Source: Mustelus asterias (lineage: Eukaryota). From it: a stretch of 64,000 bases of DNA. Under the pieces are notes generated by a model, which did not search any database, was not told where the DNA came from, and saw only the letters and a program-made list of their open reading frames with translations. The stretch's first letter is position 1. Every line of letters starts with the position of its first letter. The stretch is taken from positions 62,001-126,000 of the forward strand of contig NW_027590123.1 in the NCBI RefSeq assembly GCF_964213995.1. Direction: 5' to 3'. Shown here in pieces: positions 35,338 through 47,639 of this stretch. The position numbers were made by a program, and so were the translations under genes.

Positions 35338-35705
35338 CAAACCAAATAAACAAACTCAAGTTAAATCAGGACAAAGTAAAAGGGGCAGCTCCCCAAAAGG
35401 AGGGGGAGCAGCCCGAACAAAAATCAAAGTACAAAGGAAACTTAAAAACATCAAATCATAATGTGATTATCAGGGTCAATAATGCACCCCAACCCCTGCA
35501 GTGCCCAACGGGGGCGAAAGGCGTCAACCGCACCCATGGACACCGCATGCTCCCTCTCCAGGGACACCTGGTCGTGAACGTAGCCACGGTAGAGGGGCAG
35601 ACAGTCAGGATAGATGGCCCCCTCGATCGCCTGCTGCCTGGACCTATAAATGGCGCGCTTTGCCAGGCCCAGGAGCAGGTTCACGAGGAGGTCGCCATCC
35701 CGACC
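35338..35705 (-). mobile_element. Tx1/L1-clade LINE 3' end
   Basis: DLLVNLLLGLAKRAIYRSR..VSLEREHA..FRPRW resembles the Tx1 ORF2 C-terminus. Confidence 0.7.
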
Positions 35706-35711
35706 TGCCCC

Positions 35712-35950
35712 TCTCTGCATGGGTTTCCTCCGGGTGCTCCGGTTTCCTCCCACAGTCCAAAGATGTGCTGGTTAGGTTGATTGGCTATGCTAAAAAAATT
35801 GCCCCTTAGTGTCCTGGGATGCGTAGATTAGAGGGATTAGTGGGTAAAATATGTAGGGATATGGGGGTAGGGCCTGGGTGGGATTGTGGTCGGTGCAGAC
35901 TCGATGGGCCGAATGGCCTCTTTCTGTGCTGTAGGGTTTCTATGATTCTA
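35712..35950 (+). mobile_element. HE1-like SINE, 5'-truncated
   Basis: colinear with the 3' two-thirds of 17905..18246. Confidence 0.85.
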
Positions 35951-36014
35951 TTGTCCCTCTGAAGACAGAGGTTCTGAACCAGCCCCTGAAACCACGCCCA
36001 TTGTGACCCGCCAC

Positions 36015-36320
36015 CGACAGCAGCGCATGCGCTCTCCTTCCCCGCTAAAACAAGATGGCGGCCGATAACCGGGGCCTGTTCCCGGGATAAAAGCCTGGGA
36101 GCTGTAAACCCGGGACCTGCAGGGTCTTATTCGGGCCGTGCGGCCTACAGAGGATGTTTGTGAAGCCATAGCTCCCTCCCTACCCCGACTCCCGGCTCCA
36201 TTTCTCCCGCAGCCCCACCGACTCACCCGTTGAAAAAAGCATCTCCCGCATTCATCGGGCTCTGGGCAAAGTGACATTGCGCACGCTCCAGATATAGCAC
36301 CGCGCCTGCGCAATAGGCTC
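36015..36320 (-). promoter_or_regulatory. second promoter/first-exon module type (donor GTGAGT, YY1, NRF1)
   Basis: gcgcatgcgc at 36022, aagatggcggcc at 36052, minus-strand donor near 36226; similar modules at 53570..53860(-) and 42580..42920(+). Confidence 0.6.
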
Positions 36321-37014
36321 CTGTGGAATGAATAGGACACTTGCACACCCGCAGGGGCACCTGGGAATTAATGGCGTCATTGTCAATCAAAGACAATAAT
36401 AGAAAATTATCTTGTGCAATTAAGATCAATTAATTTTTAAAAATGCATTCCTCGGAATTTGTGCGCTGCCATTCTCTATTTCTAAAATTAATTTAAACCA
36501 GTGCTCTCCTGTGGGAATACCCCGAATTTTAAAAACTTTTCCCTCTGGTTTCCTCTCCTCGAACCATCGAAAATTACAGCTCAGAAACAGGCCTTTTGGC
36601 CCTTCTTGTCTGTGCCGAACCATTTTATGCCTAGTCCCACTGACCTGCACTTGGAAAAATACCCGAAGCAATAATCATGCTCTTCGACCAACCAGCCTTC
36701 CTCTCTCTGCTCTCCTGAAGGTGCTCATACTGGTTGGGTAAATCCCACAGAGACTGGTTTCTTGCACTTTCTTTCTCCTGATGCTGACTATTCTGTTTTA
36801 TGGAATGATACATCAGAGATGGAAACCACTTGGCACATCCTGCCCAGTCGGGCTGTCTTTAAGATCTGTCCAATTAATCCCACAGCCCTGCTGGCAGAGT
36901 GAGAACAACATCTATTTATACTGCAGCAATGCAGGAGGTGAATGGAAAATGTTTTCCAGTTGCATTTCTCTCAGACACACTCACCCCTAGAAAGATAAAT
37001 TGGCCTGTGTACTA

Positions 37015-37975
37015 AGAACAAAGAAAATTGCAGCACAGGAACAGGCCCTTCGGCCCTCCAAGCTTGCACCGACCATACTGCCTGACTTAACTAAAACCCA
37101 CTACCCTTCCAGGGACCATATCCCTCTATTCCCATCTGATTCATGTACTTGTCAAGACGCCCCTTAAAAGTCAATACCGTATCTGCTTCCACTACCTCCC
37201 CCGGCAATGAATTCCAGGCACCCACCACTCTGTGTAAAACATCTGCCTCGTACATCTCTTTTAAACTTTACCCCTCACACCTTAAACCTATTCCCCCGAG
37301 TAATTGACTCTTCCACCCTGGGAAAAAGCTTCTGACTATCCACTCTGTCCATGCCTCTCATAATCTTGTAGACTTCTATCAGGTGTCCCCTCAACCTCCG
37401 TCGCTCAAGTGAGAACAAACCAAGTTTCTCCAACCTCTCCTCATAGCTAATGCCCTCCATACCAGGCAACATCCTGGTAAATCTTTTCTGGACCCTCTCG
37501 AAAGCCTCCACATCCTTCTGGTAGTGTGGCAACCAGAATTGAACACAATATTCCAAGTGCGGCCTAACTAAAGGTTCTATAAAGCTGCAACATGACTTGC
37601 CAATTTTTAAACTCAATGCCCCAGCCGATGAAGGCAAGCATGCCGTATGTCTTCTTGATGACCTTCTACACCTGCATTGCCACTTTCAGTGATCTGTCCA
37701 CCTGGACACCCCAATCCCTTTGCCTATCAATATTGTTAAGGGTTCTGCCATTTACTGTATATTTCCTATCTGTATTAGACCTTCCAAAATGCATTACGTC
37801 ACGTGTCTGGATTAAACTCCATCTGCCATCTCTCCACCCAAGTCTCCAACCGATTTATATCCTGCTGTATCCTCTGATAGTCCTCATCACTATCCGCAAA
37901 TCCACCAACCTCTGTGTCGTCCGCAAATTTTCTAATCAATCCAGTTACATTTTCCTCCAAATCATTTATATATAT
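37015..37975 (-). mobile_element. 5'-truncated CR1 LINE
   Basis: IYINDLEE..KFADDT, RPHLEYCVQFW; same subfamily as 8340..9795. Confidence 0.95.
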
Positions 37976-37984
37976 TATATATAT

Positions 37985-38417
37985 CCTGTGTGAATTCGCT
38001 GTTGTGTCCAAAGACTGGATGGCCTAGCAAACTCCTTCCCACACAAGGAGCAGGTGAACGATCTCTCCCCAGTGTGAACTCGCTGATGTGCACTGAGGTT
38101 GGATGAACATGAGAACCCCTTTCCACAGGTGGAGCTGCTGAACGGCCTCTCCTCAGTGTGAATTTGCTGGTGTAACAGCAGGTGGGATGAGATAGTGAAT
38201 CCTTTCCCACACACAGAACAGATGAATGGCCTCTCTCCAATGTGACTATGTCTATGGTTTTCCAGCAAGTACGGATAATTGCATCCTTTATCACAATCAT
38301 CACATTTCCATGGTTTCTCCATTTTCCCAACCCCAATGAGACCGTGTCAATGGGTTTCCAACCGGGTGGATAATTGAATCCTTTACCACAATCCTCACAT
38401 TTCCACGGTTTGTCCAT
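37985..38417 (-). pseudogene. ZNF, frameshifted after finger 1 and truncated by CR1
   Basis: MDKPWKCEDC at 38417, second MEKPWKC at 38322, fingers end abruptly at the (TA)n/CR1 junction. Confidence 0.85.
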
Positions 38418-39383
38418 GGTGCTGGTGTCCTTCTGTCTCTCCAGGTTGGATGATTAGTTGAAGCCTCATCCACATACAGACCATGGTGTGATGTTTTTCA
38501 GGCTATGTAACTGGTTAAAGCTCTATCCACAGTCAGTTCACTGGAGCACTCTCACTTGGGTGTATGTGTGTGTCTCAGTTCTTTTTCTGTCACATTGAAT
38601 TTCGAAATTTTCTTCCACTGACAAAACAGGGAATGATTTATCCCTCCACTGTCAAAAGCAATCATATTTAGGTCATGATGAATCGAATGGCTCTGTCAGA
38701 CTTTGATGTGAAGTTTAGTTTGAGTTTCCTGTCTGTGAATCTTCCTCTTCTCGTTCCCTGCACAAAGAGTTTTAAAAAACTGCTTCAGAACAGACAATTT
38801 CAGTTTCCACGAAACATTTCTCTGTCTCATTTATCTTGAGCTGTAATCCCCATCCCACACACTCTCTCTTGTCCCTGAGCTGAAATCAAACTCATTGCCC
38901 CATCTCCACTCTGAGCCCAGCTTCCTCTCCCTCCAGCTGGATTCAGTCCTGCAGGCCATGTGCAGATTGAGAGTACAATCAAGGAGTCAATTATTTTCCT
39001 TCCAAGTCAGGGGACGTGCAGCCCCACTGACTCTGTTGTTACCACAATGGGCACACGTGCTCTGCTCACCAATGAAACACCACGGTGACCATTAACATGG
39101 GCCTGTTCCTTGGAAAAGCTCCATTTTATTTGTGCCACAACAGCAGGGGAATTACCTCCTGCACAGGCACAAAGGTATCATCAGTCACAGAAAATAATTG
39201 CAGCTGGTGTCTCAAACCTCATTTTACCATTTGCTCCCAGACATTCTCAATTCAATTTTGAAATGCAAACTGAAATCTGGCAAAGTGGGGTAAATTAAAC
39301 ACATTTTAATGGTCATTTTCAGAATGACTATTCCCGAGAATTAATTCCCAAGTCAGTGAATTAAAATTCTCATCAGCAATGCA

Positions 39384-39705
39384 GGCGGCACAGTGGTTAG
39401 CACTGCTGCCTCACAGCTCCAGGGACCTGGGTTCGATTCCCAACTTGGGTCGCTGTCCGTGTGGAGTCTGCCCATTCTCCCCATGTCAGCGTGGGTTTTC
39501 TCCAGATGCTCCGGTTTCCTCCCATTGTCCAAAGATATGCCAGTTACGTGCATTGGCTATGCTAAATTGCCCCTTCGTGTCCCGGGATGAGTAGGTTAGA
39601 GGGATTAGCAGGTTACATACGTGGGGTTATGGGAATAGGGCCGAGGTGGGATTGTTGTCGGTGCAGACTCGATGGGCCGAACAACCTCCTTCAGCACTGT
39701 AGGGA
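39384..39705 (+). mobile_element. HE1-like SINE
   Basis: colinear with 17905..18246. Confidence 0.85.
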
Positions 39706-40889
39706 TATGAAATACATTGGGAGAATTGCTATTTTAATGGGTATTTTCACAAATGCTATAAAATGATTTTTCAACACAAATTAATATTTTCTTCAACAGA
39801 TGATTAATAAATAAAAAGTATTTAATAAAACAACCACCCAATGTGGGGTTCAGGATTCTAACTCAGGGTTTCTGAGCTCCAGGAACCACTAACTGAACCA
39901 ACCGAGAATTGTCTCCACAAAACTTCCCCAACTACCTCCCGGGAAAAAGCTGCAAACCCGGGAGCTGCAGCTTTTTACGGGGGTCATGGGGCCTCCAGCG
40001 GGTGTTTGTGAGTCCTCCCCGCCCACCTCCCAGGGTTTCCTTCCTTCCCAGAGATCAGAGTCCTCATTGATTTGAGGCCAAAGTGTTACCTCTTATTTAT
40101 TGTCCCCCTCCCCCATCCTCTGATGTGAACCATCCTCCAGTGGCTGAGCCAGGATGGGGCCGTTAACCTGGGCCTGTTCCCGGGAGGGAGAAGCCCCGCA
40201 GCTGCAAACCAGGGAGCTGACAATGATTCTGAAGGGTTTGCGGATCCACAAAGTGTTTCCAAATCCTCCCAGCCACCGCCTAACGCTGACTCCGCTGCTC
40301 CGGGACAAACAAGCGCCAAGGACAGCAATGACACTACGCATGCTCCACATCACAATGCCCGGGCACTCCAGACCAATAGGAAGAGGGGGCGGTGCTGGAG
40401 GACCGAGCGGGAGCGCCTGGTCCTCCAACCAATCGGAGTGAATGAGGGGCGGGGCTGGAGGATCGAGCGGGAGCGGCTGGTCCTCCAACCAATCAGAGTG
40501 AATGAGGGGCGGGACCTGAAGCATGCGCAGTGCAGTTAATGGCGACGGACAGAAGGACGGTTTTAATTTGGAAGCGAGATCAATACGAGGTAGAGGGCGG
40601 CGCGCGGGGAATGAAAAATGTGGCGGGTGGGTGGAGAGACTTTGTAAACATGTTGTTCAAACCCAAACCCCGGAAATGAACTTCCCGGTCCCCCCCTTTG
40701 TACCAAATGGAGCGGCAGCTTGTAGTGTTAGACCCGGGCTGACTGCCGCCATTGAGGCTGCATGTGGGAGGCCGGCAGGGATTGTGATCGGAGAGTGAGG
40801 CCCTGACGTCACAATGGAATGGGTGAGAGTGTGACATCACAATGGAATGGGTGAGGGTGTGATGTCACAATGGAATGGGTGAGGGTTCC

Positions 40890-41241
40890 AAATTCGCCAG
40901 ACTTCGGTCATTGCCAAGATTTTCGAGTCCATTATTAAAGCTGAGATCGCAGAGTACTTGGAAGTGCAGGATAAAGTAGGACTGAGTCAGCACGGCTTTG
41001 TCAAGGGGAGGTAATGTCTGACAAATCTGTTAGAGTTCTTTGAGGAGCTTTTGATTTGATTTGATTTATTATTGTCACATGTATTAACATACATAGAATC
41101 ATAGAAACCCTACAGTGCAGAAGGAGGCCATTCGGCCCATCGAGTCTGCACCGACCACAATCCCACCCAGGCCCTACCCCCACATATTTTACCCGCTAAT
41201 CCCTCTAACCTATGCATCGCAGGACTCTAAGGGGCAATTTT
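40890..41241. mobile_element. CR1 RT fragment (+) and HE1-like SINE tail (-) in the spacer of the inverted repeat
   Basis: SQHGFVKGR*CLTNLLEFFEE at 40985..41046; SINE tail at 41093..41241. Confidence 0.8.
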
Positions 41242-41243
41242 TA

Positions 41244-41350
41244 ATCGGGGGGAGGGGCCGAGAGGATCGGGGGGAGGGGCCGAGAGGATCGGGGGGAGGG
41301 GCCGAGAGGATCGGGGGGAGGGGCCGAGAGGATCGGGGGGAGGGGCAGAG
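41244..41350 (+). repeat. 22-bp G-rich minisatellite x5
   Basis: (atcggggggaggggccgagagg)n. Confidence 0.9.
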
Positions 41351-41659
41351 AGAGATTGGGCAGCAGGGAGGGTTAGAGGCGTTGAAGTGGAGGGATTTAG
41401 AGTGGGTTTCTGGAGTGGGGATTTAAGGAGGGGTTTGGGGGGGAGGCTGGAGGCGGGGGGGGAGGGGAATTTGGGGGTGAGAGACTGAGGGTGGCGGGTT
41501 TAAAAGGATTGGGAGTGGGTTCAGGAGAGGTGTTCGAGGGGGATTGAGCCGAGAGAGGAATCTATAGGGCATTGGCAGTAAGGGGAGGGGGGGGGGAGAT
41601 TCAGCAGCGGGTTTTGGGTCTGTTGGAAAGGAGTTGGGGGGAACAGCTGGAGACGGGAA

Positions 41660-41846
41660 GCGGGGGGGGGGGGCGCAAGTCGGGGGGGGCAAGTCGGGGG
41701 GGCGCAGGTCGGGGGGGGCGCAAGTCGGGGGGGCGCAAGTCGGGGGGGCGCAAGTCGGGGGGGGCGCAAGTCGGGGCGCACCGCAAGTCGGGGCGCACCG
41801 CAAGTCGGGGCGCATCGCAAGTCGGGGGGGGCGCAAGTCGGGGGGC
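41660..41846 (+). repeat. G-rich minisatellite, about 11 units
   Basis: (cgcaagtc-Gn) units. Confidence 0.9.
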
Positions 41847-41857
41847 TCATCTGGAAC

Positions 41858-42163
41858 TCTCACCCATTCCATTGTGACGTCACACCCTCACCCATTCCAT
41901 TGTGACGTCACACACTCACCCATTCCATTGTGATGTCACACACTCACCCATTCCATTGTGATGTCACACTCTCACCCATTCCATTGTGATGTCACACACT
42001 CACCCATTCCATTGTAATGTCACACACTCACCCATTCCATTTTGACCTCACACTCCGACCCATTCCATTGTGACGTCACACCCTCACCCATTCCATTGTG
42101 ACGTCACACCCTCACCCATTCCATTGTGACGTCACACCCTCACCCATTCCATTGTGACGTCAG
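41858..42163 (+). repeat. 28-bp tandem array x11 (mirror array x3 at 40803..40885)
   Basis: unit CACCCATTCCATTGTGACGTCACACCCT. Confidence 0.95.
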
Positions 42164-43404
42164 GGCTTCACTCTCCGATCACAATCCCTGCCGGCCTCCC
42201 ACATGCAGCCTCAATGGCGGCAGTCAGCCCGGGTCTAACACTACAAGCTGCCGCTCCATTTGGTACAAAGGGGGGGACCGGGAAGTTCATTTCCGGGGTT
42301 TGGGTTTGAACAACATGTTTACAAAGCCTCTCCACCCACCCGCCACATTTATCATTCCCCGCACGCCGCCCTCTACCTCGCATTGATCTCGCTTCCAAGT
42401 TAAAACCGTCCGTCTGTCCGTCGCCATTACCCTCACTGCGCATGCTTCAGGTCCCGCCCCTCATTCACTCCGATTGGTTGGAGGATCAGCCGCTCCCGCT
42501 CGGTCCCCCAGCCCCGCCCCCCTCTTCCTATTGGCCCGGAGCTGCCGTCAATCAATCCCCGGGCATTGTGATGTGGAGCATGCGCAGTGTGTATATGCAG
42601 CCAGTGAGTAAGTGCCGGGTGAGCGGGAAAGGTTTAGAAATCAGTGGTGTCGGCCACAAAAACCAGAACAGAGGCGGTCGTGTTAAATATCAAGCGGGTG
42701 AGTAATGTCTGAGTGCGGAAGGGTGCTGGAGCCGGTGGGTGTGTGCCGATGTTTCAGATAAACTTCGATCGACGCCTCAATCCCGGAATGAGAAGCAGCC
42801 GGTTCAACGGTTGAAAGACCCGGATACCGACCGCCATCATTGTAGGGGGCAATGTGTAGAAAAGCGCATGCGTAGCGCCATCTTTATCAGTAGCAGTGCA
42901 GCAGCGCGCGTGCGCAGTGCTCCCTTCAGCAGGCGGACTGAGTGATGGATTTTGGAAACTCTTTTACAAGGGGATGGTTTACACACAGCAAACTCAAATC
43001 AAGAGAATTATTTGTCTCTTCTGAATGGAATTAGCAGTTAGAATGTTTGTTGATCTATCTAATACTGGGAACCATGAACACACAAACTTCTTATTGTTGT
43101 GTTCTCTACCTGAAGGCTGGTCTGACCAAAGTGTCAGGATCTCTGCCATGGGCCGGGCAAAGAGACAGAACCCAAATCCACCCCAGCCAGAATGGGGATT
43201 GAACCCCGTGCTGTCGGCACCAATCTCATCCACACCGGCCAGCGAGACCCCACAAGGAACCAGGCTGCAGTGGCAACAGAAACTTTTATATCCGCTACCC
43301 GTGGAGCCATGGATAGTGATGGGAGAGGCTCCAAATTATTTCCATCATATGACTGACCAGGAATCTCTCCCGCTCTTATTGTCTATCATTGGTGTATGTT
43401 CGAA

Positions 43405-43720
43405 GGGCAGCATGGTGTCACAGTGGTTAGCACTGCTGCCTCACAGCGCCAGGGATCCAGGTTCGATTCCCGGCCCGGGTCACTGTTTGTGTGGAGTTTG
43501 CACATTCTCCCTGTGTCTGCGTGGCTTTCCTCTGGGTGCTCTGGTTTCCACCCAGTGTCCAAAGATGTGAAAGTTAGGTGCATTGGCCATGCTAAATTGC
43601 CCTTTAGTATCAGGGGGACTAGCCTGGGTCAATGCATGGGGATAGGGCAAGGGCGGGATTGTGGTCGGTGCAGACACAATGGGCCGAATGGCCTCTTTCC
43701 GCACTGTAGTGATTCTATGA
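43405..43720 (+). mobile_element. HE1-like SINE
   Basis: colinear with 17905..18246. Confidence 0.85.
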
Positions 43721-44312
43721 ATGATTTACAGTTTGGCCACATTATGAACACGCCTTCCTCGGCCATGTACTCTGAGTGGGAGTGGAAACCAGAGCTTCTG
43801 ACTCAGAAGAAGGGTCACTCCCCACTGCACCACATCTTCACAGTGCACAATCCAGACTAATAAATCCAACAGGAAAACAGGAGACATTTCTTTTCACAAA
43901 CAGTTGTTAAAATGTGGAACTCACTGGAAGTAGTTGAGACTTCGATTCTTTCAAAAGGAAACTAGATGAGAATGAGAGAAAAGAGAGGCTGAAAGGCTGA
44001 GATGAGGTTAGCAGAATAGGAGGAGACTCATGTGGAGTAGAAACTCCGTACAGACTAGATTGCCCGAATGGCCTGTTTGTGTATTATATAGTCTATGCAA
44101 TTCTTCGTGAAATTATTTTGCAGAGTAATGGAAGAGGAGAATTTGCAGTCAGGAAAAACAAACCAAACTTTGTGTCACAATTGGAAAGTCAATTCATCAG
44201 GATGTGAAGATTTGTGCATCTGAAGGGATTTAATTGACTGTCTCAGCAGGAAGCTAGTGAGAGTCTGTAAACCTGCTCTTCCTGTGGGAAGGGATTGATA
44301 CAGCTGGAAAAC

Positions 44313-45653
44313 ATGCTGACGCGACAGCGAGCTCGCAATAGTGAGAGTTCATTCACCTGCTCCGTGTGTGGGAAGAAATTCATGTGTTCGTCCAACCTTC
44401 TGGCTCACCAACTCGATCACATTGATGAGGAGCCTCTTCAAAGCTCTGACTCTGGGGACAGCGTTGAGACACCTGAGGAACAGGCCCAATACCAGCTCCT
44501 TCACACTGACGAGAGACCGTTCAGCTGCTCCCACTGCGGGAAGAGGTTCAGCCAGTCCTCCCGCCTTGCAGAGCACCAGCTCCTTCACACACACGAGAGA
44601 CCGTTCAGCTGCTCCCACTGTGGAGAGTCGTTCAGCGACTCAGTGCATCTCACTGAGCACCAACAAGTTCACACCAAGGACAGGCCATTCAGCTGCTCCC
44701 AGTGTGGGAAGAGATTCACTCAGTCCTCCCACTGCACAGAGCACCAGCTCATTCATTCTGATGAGAGAAGTTTTAAATGCTCAGAGTGTGAGAAGACCTT
44801 TAAAATGAACAATAGTCTCCTGAGACACCAATGCACTCACAGTGGGGAGAGGCCGTTCCCGTGCTCTGTGTGTGGGAGGAGATTCAATCATTCATTCCAC
44901 CTTCTGAGGCACAAACTTGTTCACACGGGGGAGAAACCATTCACCTGCTCCGAGTGTGGGAATGGATACACTCGCTCATCTGACCTTGTGATACACCAAC
45001 GAATTCACACCGGAGAAAGGCCGTTCACCTGCTCCAAGTGTGGGAGGGGATTCACTCGTTCAACGCACCTTGTGATGCACAAGCGGATTCACATTGGGGA
45101 GAGGCCATTCTCTTGCTCTGTGTGTGGGAAGAGATTCACTCAGTCATCCGCCCTGCGCACACACAAGCGAGTTCACACCGGGGAGAGGCCGTTCACCTGC
45201 TTCGTGTGTGGGAAGAGTTTCCCTCGTTTGTCCCATGTTGTGATACACGAGCGGGTTCACACCGGGGAGAGGCCGTACATTTGTCATGTGTGCGGGAGGG
45301 CCTTTACTTGTTTACACCACGTGCAGAAACACCAGCTTGTTCACACCGGGGAGAAGGCCTTCATCTGCTCCGTGTGTGGGAAGCGTTTCCCTGAGTCCTC
45401 CAGCCTCCAGAGACACGAACGCATCCACACTGGGGAGAAGCCGTTCACCTGCTGTGTGTGTGGGAAGGGATTTGTTCAGTCGTTCGACCTGGTTAAACAC
45501 CGACGAGTTCACACCAGGAAGAAGCTGCTCACCTGCTCTGTGTGTGAGAAGAGATTTACTCGGACATCCCGCCTGCTGAAACACCAGAAACTTCACATCT
45601 TACCAACAAAGCTGGACTCTGCTGTTGCTGCTGAGAATCACACCCAGGACTGA
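44313..45653 (+). CDS. C2H2 zinc-finger protein, 14 intact plus 1 degenerate finger, C-terminal LDSAVAAENHTQD
   Basis: open frame from 44295, first ATG at 44313 (start uncertain); divergent subfamily. Confidence 0.85.
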   Translation: MLTRQRARNSESSFTCSVCGKKFMCSSNLLAHQLDHIDEEPLQSSDSGDSVETPEEQAQYQLLHTDERPFSCSHCGKRFSQSSRLAEHQLLHTHERPFSCSHCGESFSDSVHLTEHQQVHTKDRPFSCSQCGKRFTQSSHCTEHQLIHSDERSFKCSECEKTFKMNNSLLRHQCTHSGERPFPCSVCGRRFNHSFHLLRHKLVHTGEKPFTCSECGNGYTRSSDLVIHQRIHTGERPFTCSKCGRGFTRSTHLVMHKRIHIGERPFSCSVCGKRFTQSSALRTHKRVHTGERPFTCFVCGKSFPRLSHVVIHERVHTGERPYICHVCGRAFTCLHHVQKHQLVHTGEKAFICSVCGKRFPESSSLQRHERIHTGEKPFTCCVCGKGFVQSFDLVKHRRVHTRKKLLTCSVCEKRFTRTSRLLKHQKLHILPTKLDSAVAAENHTQD

Positions 45654-47639
45654 ACCTTTTCTCCTTTCTAACTCGAGATTATTTCAGTCTCAAACCTTCC
45701 GTTACTCTCATGGACAAGTCCCAGCTCCCCATACCTACCAGAGTGTCTCTCCCAGCCTCGAGATCCAGGGAAGGTTTCGGTAACATTCCTGGGATCAATG
45801 AACACAAAACACAGTTTGTGAATCACTTTCAGCTACTGGGCTCAGTGTGTGTCTCACAGGATCTCACTCACCTTCTGTATGTGAATGGAATGTCATGTCT
45901 GCAAACCGGGTTTAAACTGAATTTGATTTGATTTATTATAGTCACATGTATTAGTATTGTTTCTTGCACGCTATACAGACAAAGCATACCGTACATAGAG
46001 TAAATAGGGGGAAAGGGATGATTTGATTTATTGTCACATGTATTGGGATACAGTGAAAAGTATTGTTTCTTGTGAACTATACAGACAAACATCCTGTTCA
46101 CAAAGTACAAAGGGGAGAAGGAAAGGAGAGGATGTAGAATATAGTATTATAGTCATAGCTAGTGTGTGGAGAAAGATCAGCTTAATACGTGATAGGATCA
46201 TTCAAAAGTCTGATGGCAGCAGGGAAAAAGCTGTTCTTGAGTCGGTTGGTACGTGACCTCAGACTTTTGTAAGGTGGAAGAGAGAATGTTCGAGGTGCGT
46301 GGGGTCCTTGATTATGCTGGCTGCTTTTCTGAGGCAGCGGGAAGTGTAGACAGTGTCAATGGATGGGAGGCTGGTTTGCGTGATGGACTGGGCGACATTC
46401 CCAACTGTTTGTGGTTTATGCGGTCTTGGTCAGAGCAGGAGCCATACCAAGCTGTGATATAACCAGAAAGAATGCTTTCTATGGTGCATCTGTAAAAGTT
46501 GATGAGAGTCGTAGCCTTTTAGATCACAGCTGAGGAGAAGGGCGTTCTGAATCGACTGTATTATCTCTGTTCTCCAGATCAAATGACTATTTTAAAAATG
46601 TAATGGTATTTTATTCAAGAAACACACTCACAGCCCAAAGACTTAACTGCTGTGTAACTTACGTCAAAGATTCATAAAATTAAAGATACAAACAATGGAA
46701 ATATGTGACAATCCTGTAATAACAATAAACAAATTGATCAGGTAACAGGAAAGTGGTGGACATGACATTAAAAGAAGGAACATTGAATTAAAGTTACAGA
46801 CCAATACACCATTCCTATGTTACAGGCTCTGAAATGCATATAAATTTTATCATTTCAGTACTTCGTTGAGCACTGGAACCATGTAAGGAATTACTCTGTC
46901 TGTATTATTGCAGTGCAGTTAATAAAGTCAGTAAAAGACAATCTGTTGTTGGGAATTTGATTATCTGGTGTTTGAAACCGCAAGATTCAAATATTTAGAG
47001 TCAACAAGATGAACAAGGAAACACATCAGAGCCCAAAACTCCAGCTGGATATTCACAGGAGAAAGTCTGTTATTTAACACCTCAAGTGGACAAAAGAAAG
47101 ATCTCAACTAAAAACCCTCCAATCATTTGTAAACATGTTTCAAATGCTGAGAGATTTCAACAGTGAGTTTCCATCACATTGAAGTCAATGGAAGGTGAGA
47201 GATGGTTAAAGGTTCCAGACAGAAATGTAACTTGATGTTTCCATTGCCTTACATTGGTAGATTCAGGAATTCACACTAACATTTTAAATCTCTACTTTTT
47301 TCAGACTGGAAACTTAAACCTGCCGTTTCACTCAGTCAGGAACAGATCCCAGCTTTACACCAATCTCTGATTTGACAGCACGTTTCCAGCATTCACTGTT
47401 GTTCTTCCTGACTCTAAACACAGTTGTAAAGGAGCTTTTGTTCCATGTCTAGGAGCTCTGATCCATGGAAGAGAGCAGCTGGGACACATTTCATACACAC
47501 CGTTGTTCTTCTTGACTCTAAACACAGTTGTAGAGGAGCTTTTGTTCCATGTCTCGGAGCTCTGAAACATGGAAGAGAGCGGCTGGGACACATTTCTTAC
47601 CCACCTCAGGATTTACCCACACGTCCAATCCTAACTGCA

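Larger units (their letters stand above)
40331..42590. repeat. large inverted duplication in a CpG island (arms about 40331..40890 and 41852..42590)
   Basis: ORFs 40523..40798(+) and 42168..42443(-) are near-identical; the arms align by eye. Confidence 0.95.

Noticed and set aside
35321-35341. Resemblance of ggccttttttaaggtcaa to the U2 snRNA 5' end
   Set aside because: Short gapped match, explained by the exon-1 module variant.
40523-40798. Duplicated 91-aa ORF (copy at 42168..42443) as a novel protein
   Set aside because: The similarity is explained by the inverted duplication of a GC-rich promoter; no domain features.
41423-41933. Pro-rich and Gly-rich ORFs
   Set aside because: Translations of G-rich minisatellites.
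41858-42163. 28-bp palindromic array as a CRISPR
   Set aside because: Head-to-tail units with no unique spacers, no cas genes, vertebrate context.
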